From: Gemmatimonadota bacterium
GTDB lineage: Bacteria > Gemmatimonadota > Gemmatimonadetes > Gemmatimonadales > GWC2-71-9
Reading direction: 5' to 3'
Length of the DNA: 53,600 bases
Assembly: GCA_039586365.1 (NCBI GenBank)
Contig: JBDHKN010000019.1
Coordinates: 1 to 53,600 of the forward strand
Shown here: in pieces, positions 48,033-53,600 of the stretch
How the letters are laid out: every line of letters starts with the position of its first letter
How positions within the stretch are numbered: position 1 is the stretch's first letter
Position numbers and translations under genes: made by a program
Notes under the pieces: model-generated
Told to the model about the DNA's origin: nothing
Databases searched by the model: none
The model's input: the letters and a program-made list of their open reading frames with translations, nothing else

Positions 48033-49456
48033 TGGACCGACCGCTTCGAGCTACGGTTGCTCCACAGCGCGCGAAAGCTCCGCCGTGCCAGCTTGGGAAA
48101 GACCCGAGACCGCGTCCAAGCGTTCAGTGGAGGTGGCAGCTTCGTGACGTCGCCGTCCTTGCCCGCCAGCAATCCAGTGATCCACCCACCCATGCGTGAC
48201 CAGGTCACGAACCGGCGCGGTGTCCGAGCCGCTGCCGTGAACGCGCGGATGGCCATGCGCTCGCCGCGGGACGATGCGCCCTGCTCCACGAGTTGATGCC
48301 GCAGGTCCAGCAACAATCGCGGCAGATCGATCCTGGCCGGACACACGTCGCGGCAGGCACCGCACAGTGAGCTCGCGTAGGGCAGCTCTTTGGCGGTCGA
48401 GATGTCATCGGCGAGCAGTGGAGTGACGACCGCGCCGATGGGCCCGCTGTACGCCGTGGGTCCGTAGCTGTGACCGCCTATCTCGCGATACACGGGGCAC
48501 TCGTTTACGCACGCACCGCAGCGAATACAGAGCAGGACTTCTGCGTAGCCGCGCTCTAGCACACGCGAGCGGCCGTTGTCCAGCAGGACTACGTGCATCT
48601 CGTCCGGCCCATCCGGACACCCCGGCTTGCGCGGCCCGCTGCTTACGGAGAAGTACACTGTAACGTCTTGGCCAGTGGCGCTCCGGGCGGCGGCTTGCCA
48701 CAGGAGTATGGCATCCTCGACCCTGGCTACTACCTTCTCGATACCCAGTACGGTGACGTGCACGCGCGGCATGCTAGTGACCATCCTGCCATTACCTTCA
48801 TTGGTGACGACGCAGATGGTACCGGTCTCCGCGACTGCGAAGTTGCAGCCGCTGATCCCCATGTCAGCGGCGAGGAACTTGCTTCTCAGTTGGCGGCGAG
48901 CTACGGCACAGAGAACGGCCGGATCCGTTGTCGGTGCGATGCCGAACTCCCGCTCGAACAACTCACTGATGTCCTCCACCCGCTTGTGAATGACAGGTGC
49001 CGTAATGTGACTCGGCGGCTCGTTGGCGAGTTGGATGATGTACTCTCCGAGATCCGTCTCGACCACTTCGATACCCGCTCGCTCCAGAGCTTCGTTCAGG
49101 CCGATCTCCTCCGTGACCATCGACTTGGACTTGACCGCGTGCCTTACCTCGCGTTCGCGAGCTATCTCGGTGACAATCTCGCACGCCTCCGCCGCGTCCC
49201 GCGCCCAGTGTACCTGGCAACCGTTGGCCTCCAGGTTGCGTTCCAGTTGTTCGAGTAGATCGGGCAGGTTGGATACGGCATATTCGCGAACCGCGCGCAC
49301 ATCTTTGCGCAGCCGTGCATAGTCGATTGCCGCTATGGCCTGAGCGCGGTGTGTCCTCAATCGGCTCGTCGCCCGGTCCAGCGCCGTTCGCAGGTTTGGG
49401 TCTGCCAGGGCCTGCTTGACGCGAGTGGAGTACGGAGCGGAGCTATCTACGGGCAT
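48029..49456 (-). CDS. lutB: Lactate utilization protein B (Fe-S)
   Basis: KSKSMVTEEI, ETDLGEYIIQL, NEGNGR, CIRCGACVNECP, SSLCGACRDVCP. Confidence 0.96.
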   Translation of the reverse strand: MPVDSSAPYSTRVKQALADPNLRTALDRATSRLRTHRAQAIAAIDYARLRKDVRAVREYAVSNLPDLLEQLERNLEANGCQVHWARDAAEACEIVTEIAREREVRHAVKSKSMVTEEIGLNEALERAGIEVVETDLGEYIIQLANEPPSHITAPVIHKRVEDISELFEREFGIAPTTDPAVLCAVARRQLRSKFLAADMGISGCNFAVAETGTICVVTNEGNGRMVTSMPRVHVTVLGIEKVVARVEDAILLWQAAARSATGQDVTVYFSVSSGPRKPGCPDGPDEMHVVLLDNGRSRVLERGYAEVLLCIRCGACVNECPVYREIGGHSYGPTAYSGPIGAVVTPLLADDISTAKELPYASSLCGACRDVCPARIDLPRLLLDLRHQLVEQGASSRGERMAIRAFTAAARTPRRFVTWSRMGGWITGLLAGKDGDVTKLPPPLNAWTRSRVFPKLARRSFRALWSNRSSKRSVQ

Positions 49457-49460
49457 AGCA

Positions 49461-49520
49461 AGGGCGGTAAAAGGCGGTAAAAGGCGGTAAAAGGCGGTAA
49501 AGGGCGGTAAAGGGCGGTGA
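49461..49520. repeat. Six-copy 10-mer tandem repeat A(A/G)GGCGGTAA
   Basis: agggcggtaa aaggcggtaa aaggcggtaa aaggcggtaa agggcggtaa agggcggtga. Confidence 0.95.
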
Positions 49521-49627
49521 AGCGCGGGTGGGACTGAGCGAGCAACGACTGCCGACGTGAGAATCGCCTCTACTCTCAGTCGCGGGTAACCGCCGGGTGA
49601 TGTCGTAAGGGTTCGCCATCAACCGCC

Positions 49628-50422
49628 CTACCGTCGGCCCGCTGGAGCACCACACCGACCTTCTAAAACATCGGCTATGTGCACGGCTTTGCACGCGCAG
49701 CCCTCCCGCTTCAGAATCCCGTTAAGGTGTGTCATGCAGCTCACGTCATTCACAGCAACTACATCAGCGCCGGAAGCGAGAATACTCTGCACCTTGCGAC
49801 GGCCCATTGCGGTGCTTATCTCCGCATTCTTGATGGCAAACAGACCGCCAAACCCGCAGCACTCTTCGTCCCCGGGCAACCGCACGATTTCAGTGTCTTG
49901 CAGACCGGCGAGGAGTCGGCGCGGCTGTGCGTCCACCTCCAGTTCACGCAACAGATGACAACAGGCGTGGTAGGCGAGCCGACCGGAGCACCGTGAGTCG
50001 ATCTCCGAAACCCCGAGCACGTCTACTAGATACTCGGTCAGCTCGTAGGTGGCTTGGCTCACCTCGTTCGCCCGGTCCCGCTCGCCTGCTGTTGTGTGTT
50101 CAAACAGTAGGTCGTAGTAATGCCTCACCATCGCCACGCAGCTGCCGCTGGGCGCCACGATCGCCTGGATATCACCGCGGCTCAGCAACGGCCAGAACAC
50201 CGCAACGAAGTGGCGGGCCAGCTTCAAAGCATCTGAACGGTATCCCGCGTTGAATGCCGGCTGCCCACAACAGGTCTGTTCAGGAGGAAACACCACTTGG
50301 GCACCGTGCTGCTCGAGCAAGCTGGTGGCAGCTAAACCGACAGCGGGATACAGCGTGTCGACCATGCACGTCACGAACAGAGCGACTGTAGGCTTTTGTG
50401 TCGGGCTGGGCGTGCTTGGCAT
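49628..50422 (-). CDS. lutA: Lactate utilization protein A (CCG domains)
   Basis: LFVTCMVD, QTCCGQP, PSGSC, YHACCH, ECCGFGG, SCMTHL. Confidence 0.95.
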   Translation of the reverse strand: MPSTPSPTQKPTVALFVTCMVDTLYPAVGLAATSLLEQHGAQVVFPPEQTCCGQPAFNAGYRSDALKLARHFVAVFWPLLSRGDIQAIVAPSGSCVAMVRHYYDLLFEHTTAGERDRANEVSQATYELTEYLVDVLGVSEIDSRCSGRLAYHACCHLLRELEVDAQPRRLLAGLQDTEIVRLPGDEECCGFGGLFAIKNAEISTAMGRRKVQSILASGADVVAVNDVSCMTHLNGILKREGCACKAVHIADVLEGRCGAPAGRR

Positions 50423-50429
50423 GGCACCT

Positions 50430-50501
50430 TGAGCAGGGAGCGGAGAGCCGGGAGCGGGGAGCGGTTAGCCGCCGCCGATTAGCCGTCGGCCGTTGGCTGT
50501 C
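50430..50501. repeat. Heptamer tandem arrays (GGGAGCG-type, then TTAGCCG-type) upstream of lutA
   Basis: GAGCA GGGAGCG GAGAGCC GGGAGCG GGGAGCG followed by TTAGCCG...TTAGCCG TCGGCCG TTGGCTG. Confidence 0.75.
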
Positions 50502-50557
50502 AAGATAAACCCCACACCTTCCCTTGACCAAATGCACCCGGCATGTCACGATGCTCC

Positions 50558-52612
50558 ATGCCCATCTTCACGACCGCTTGCCCCCGCAACTGCTACAGCA
50601 CATGCAGCATGCGCGTGCACGTCGAGGACGGGCGCATCCGTCGGATCGAGCCGCACTCGGACAACCTGGCTACACCCGAGGGGGTGTGCCTCAAGGGCCT
50701 CTCCTACTACGAGCGGGTCTACTCGACCGATAGGATCGTGCACCCCTTGATCCGCAAGCGTTCGACCGGCTACGAGCGCATTTCGTGGGATGACGCGTTG
50801 GGTCTCATCGTCACGAAGCTGCGACACATAAGAGACGAGACCGGACCTCACAGCGTACTCTATTACGCGGCCAGTGGCACCAAGGGGCTACTCAACTCAG
50901 TTGGCCTGAGCTTCTGGCGGCTGTACGGCGGCTGTACCACGACTTACGGTGATCTCTGTTGGCCTGCCGGTCTGGAAGCAACTCGTCTTACGCTGGGGGA
51001 CAACAAACACAACGCCCCCTGGGATCTCGCCAACGCGAGATTGATCGTGATGTGGGGCAGGAACGCGGCGGAGACGAACATCCATCAAATGGTGTTCGTC
51101 GATCAGGCATTGGACGCCGGAGCCAAGTTGGTCGTCATCGACCCCCGCCGAACTCAGACATCCGAACGTGCCGCTCTGCTGATTCAGCCGCGGCCCGGCA
51201 CCGACGGAGCACTGGCGCTCGCGCTGGCAAACCTACTGATCAGCCGCGACAGTATCGATCACGAGTTCATCGACCGGCACGTGTTGGGTTTCGGCGAGTT
51301 TGCCACCATGGTGCGTGACTTCACTCCGGATCACGCCGCCGAGGTCTGCGACGTACCGGTCGAGTACATCCACCGTCTGGCAGACTACCTTGGCTCGATC
51401 AGACCCGTGACGTTCTGCCCTGGCTTCGGGATGCAGCGCTACACCAACAGCGGCCAGACGATGCGGGCTTTACTGGCCCTGCTTGCGATCACTGGGAACT
51501 TCGGGCAGCCTGGTGCCGGTTGGGTCTATGCCAATCTGCAGAGTCACATCTTCGACCCGGTGAAGGATCCCCTGGCCTGCTACCCGCCCGAGAATCCCGG
51601 CGGCCCGATCAGGGTGTCCATCTCGACGGCACGGCTGGGGCAGGACATGCTGGCGACAGCCAATCCCTCGCTCCGCATGGCTTGGGTCGAACGGGGCAAC
51701 CCCGTGATCCAGAATCCCGAGACGAACACGGTGCTCGAGGCATTTCGTGCCCTGGAGTTTCGGGTGGTGGTCGATCAATTCCTCACCGATACCGCGCGGG
51801 AAGCGGACCTGGTATTGCCGGCCAAGACCATGTTCGAGCAGTCCGACGTTATCGGCGCCTACTGGCACCCCTACATCCAGTACAAGCAGAAGATCATCGA
51901 GCCGCCGGGCGAGGTTAAGCCGGAGTCGGAGATCTATTACCTGTTGGCCAAGCGGCTCGGATTCACCGCTCCGGAACTACACGACGAGATCCCCGAACCT
52001 GATGATGCAGCGATCGAGCAGTTCCTGCACCGGAGGTTGGAGCCATTCGAAGAACTCAGCTTGGACCGGCTCCGCGAGGGACCGGTACTGGCACCGGGAC
52101 ATCAGGCGGTCGCCTTCTCGGACTTCGTGTTCCCCACGTCGTCGGGGAAGATCGAGTTGTCATCGCAAGAAGCAGTGCTGCGTTGGGACGTCTCCGCCCT
52201 GCCCACTTATGAGGAGTCGCAGGAGTCAGTGAAGACGACTGCTGGGCGGTACTCCCTCTACTTCATGACGCCCAACACCAAGAACCGGATCCACTCGCAG
52301 TTCAACAACCTCGCGATGATTCGGCAGGTGAGCGAGGGACCGGCCGTTTCCGTCAATCCTCAGGACGCTGAGCCGCGCGGGATACGCGACGGGGACGTCG
52401 TCGAGGTGTTCAACGACCGGGGCCGCATGCGGCTCGCCGCGCGTCTCGATCAGGGGATTAAAGCAGGCTGCGTCTCCGTCACCAACGGCTGGTGGATCAG
52501 CGAGGGCGGCACGGTCAACTTCTGCTCTTACGGGCGTGAGACCGACATGGGTCACGGTGCGGCCTTTCACGACAACGTGGTCGAGATCAGGCCGGCCCCA
52601 GATGCCCGCTAG
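50558..52612 (+). CDS. Molybdopterin-dependent oxidoreductase catalytic subunit (no Tat signal)
   Basis: TACPRNCYSTC...CLKG, GDLCWPAG, WGRNAAET, IDPRRT, ADLVLPA, HSQF, FNDRG. Confidence 0.92.
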   Translation: MPIFTTACPRNCYSTCSMRVHVEDGRIRRIEPHSDNLATPEGVCLKGLSYYERVYSTDRIVHPLIRKRSTGYERISWDDALGLIVTKLRHIRDETGPHSVLYYAASGTKGLLNSVGLSFWRLYGGCTTTYGDLCWPAGLEATRLTLGDNKHNAPWDLANARLIVMWGRNAAETNIHQMVFVDQALDAGAKLVVIDPRRTQTSERAALLIQPRPGTDGALALALANLLISRDSIDHEFIDRHVLGFGEFATMVRDFTPDHAAEVCDVPVEYIHRLADYLGSIRPVTFCPGFGMQRYTNSGQTMRALLALLAITGNFGQPGAGWVYANLQSHIFDPVKDPLACYPPENPGGPIRVSISTARLGQDMLATANPSLRMAWVERGNPVIQNPETNTVLEAFRALEFRVVVDQFLTDTAREADLVLPAKTMFEQSDVIGAYWHPYIQYKQKIIEPPGEVKPESEIYYLLAKRLGFTAPELHDEIPEPDDAAIEQFLHRRLEPFEELSLDRLREGPVLAPGHQAVAFSDFVFPTSSGKIELSSQEAVLRWDVSALPTYEESQESVKTTAGRYSLYFMTPNTKNRIHSQFNNLAMIRQVSEGPAVSVNPQDAEPRGIRDGDVVEVFNDRGRMRLAARLDQGIKAGCVSVTNGWWISEGGTVNFCSYGRETDMGHGAAFHDNVVEIRPAPDAR

Positions 52613-53600
52613 CTTCGTCTTCGATCAGAACAAGTGTACTGGCTGCCAGGCGTGTCAGCTCGCCTGCGTGATTGAGAACCGCTTGGAGCCGGACCGGAGT
52701 TGGCGCGCGATTCACACCTTCAACGCACGCCATTACCCTAGTGCTCCGTTATTCCACATCTCGCTTGCCTGTAACCACTGTGCGGAACCGGCCTGCATGT
52801 CAGCCTGCCCGGCACTAGCATACTCCAAGGACAGTGAGACGGGCGTTGTGCTGCTGGATCAGGACAAGTGCATCGGCTGTCGCTACTGCACTTGGGCGTG
52901 CCCCTACGACGCTCCCAAGTTCACCAGTGCCGCCGGTGTCGTCAGTAAGTGTACGTTCTGTCAGCAGCGGTTGACCGTAGGGCTGGAGCCCGCCTGTGTC
53001 GACCTGTGTCCCACCGGGGCTCTGAGGTTCGAGAATCTGGCCCCGCAGGACATCAGTAACGACGTGGCCGGTTTCACGAGCAGCGACATGCGGCCGGCGA
53101 TCAAGATCATCCCGCTGTTGGACACGCGGCTCATCCCTAACCTAGTGGCCCAGAAAGCGGAGGCTAACCTGGTGAGCGGCGCCGAGCAGATCGCCTCCAG
53201 GATCAGCCTGCGATCCGAATGGTCCCTCGCTCTCTTCACGCTGCTTGCGGCCGGTACGTTCGCACTGCTTTTTGCTGCCGTCATCGGCCCGACACAACCA
53301 CCGGGACTGCTGTTCCCGCTCGTCGCTGTTGCGGCGCTGGGGCTCGCGGCGACCCATCTCGGCAAGAAGCGCCGCGCTTGGCGCGCGGCCCTCAACGTGG
53401 CGCAGTCGTGGCTCAGTCGTGAGGTCGTCTCGTTCTGGCTGTTCGCCGGTGTCGGGACCGCATATTTCTGGTTCGCACCGGACAGTCGCCTAGTCGGCTG
53501 GGTAGCTTTGTTGCTCGGCGTAGGCATGGTCATCTCAGCCGACCGGCTCTACAGATTCGCGCTCAAGCCGCAAGCGTCGGTACCGCACAGTGCCGCAGTG
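52602..53600 (+). CDS. DmsB-like 4x[4Fe-4S] subunit fused to DmsC-like membrane anchor (partial; runs off the right edge)
   Basis: Manual translation from ATG 52602: MPASFVFDQNKCTGCQACQLAC...CNHCAEPACMSACP...CIGCRYCTWACPY...KCTFC...PACVDLCPTGAL, then EWSLALFTLL...HLGKKRRAWRA...SWLSRE. Confidence 0.9.
   Translation, partial: MPASFVFDQNKCTGCQACQLACVIENRLEPDRSWRAIHTFNARHYPSAPLFHISLACNHCAEPACMSACPALAYSKDSETGVVLLDQDKCIGCRYCTWACPYDAPKFTSAAGVVSKCTFCQQRLTVGLEPACVDLCPTGALRFENLAPQDISNDVAGFTSSDMRPAIKIIPLLDTRLIPNLVAQKAEANLVSGAEQIASRISLRSEWSLALFTLLAAGTFALLFAAVIGPTQPPGLLFPLVAVAALGLAATHLGKKRRAWRAALNVAQSWLSREVVSFWLFAGVGTAYFWFAPDSRLVGWVALLLGVGMVISADRLYRFALKPQASVPHSAAV

Noticed and set aside
49461..49520. Possible CRISPR array
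   Set aside because: Contiguous 10-mers without spacers and no cas genes. The heptamer arrays likewise lack spacers.
50558..52612. Selenocysteine in the molybdoenzymes
   Set aside because: Both Mo-enzyme frames are uninterrupted and have Cys at the presumed ligand position.

Overview
GC-rich (roughly 60-65%) bacterial chromosomal segment. Its gene content (many signal-peptide hydrolases, VPS10/BNR protein, plug-only carboxypeptidase-regulatory-domain protein, M14/S9 peptidases) suggests Gemmatimonadota; this is inference. About 40 genes: secreted peptide/amide hydrolases (2x M14, S9, 2x gamma-glutamyltransferase, CapA, acetamidase, M20 carbamoylase), otsA/glk, a lutABC-lctP-menA lactate cluster, two molybdopterin oxidoreductases and a ccdA-tlpA-peroxiredoxin redox cluster. 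No rRNA, tRNA, CRISPR or transposase was recognised. Main findings: (1) a selenoprotein split in the ORF track: an exported, Cys-free peroxiredoxin with in-frame TGA at the peroxidatic position and a SECIS-like hairpin, convergent on ccdA-tlpA, suggesting a periplasmic Se-dependent peroxide relay; (2) an 1132-aa fusion of a bis-MGD molybdoenzyme with an intact IscS/NifS cysteine desulfurase, downstream of a radical SAM gene; (3) a tricorn-like propeller/C1 scaffold carrying a GGT catalytic module; (4) families of 7-mer and 10-mer tandem/inverted intergenic repeats, a DnaA-box cluster and several gene remnants.
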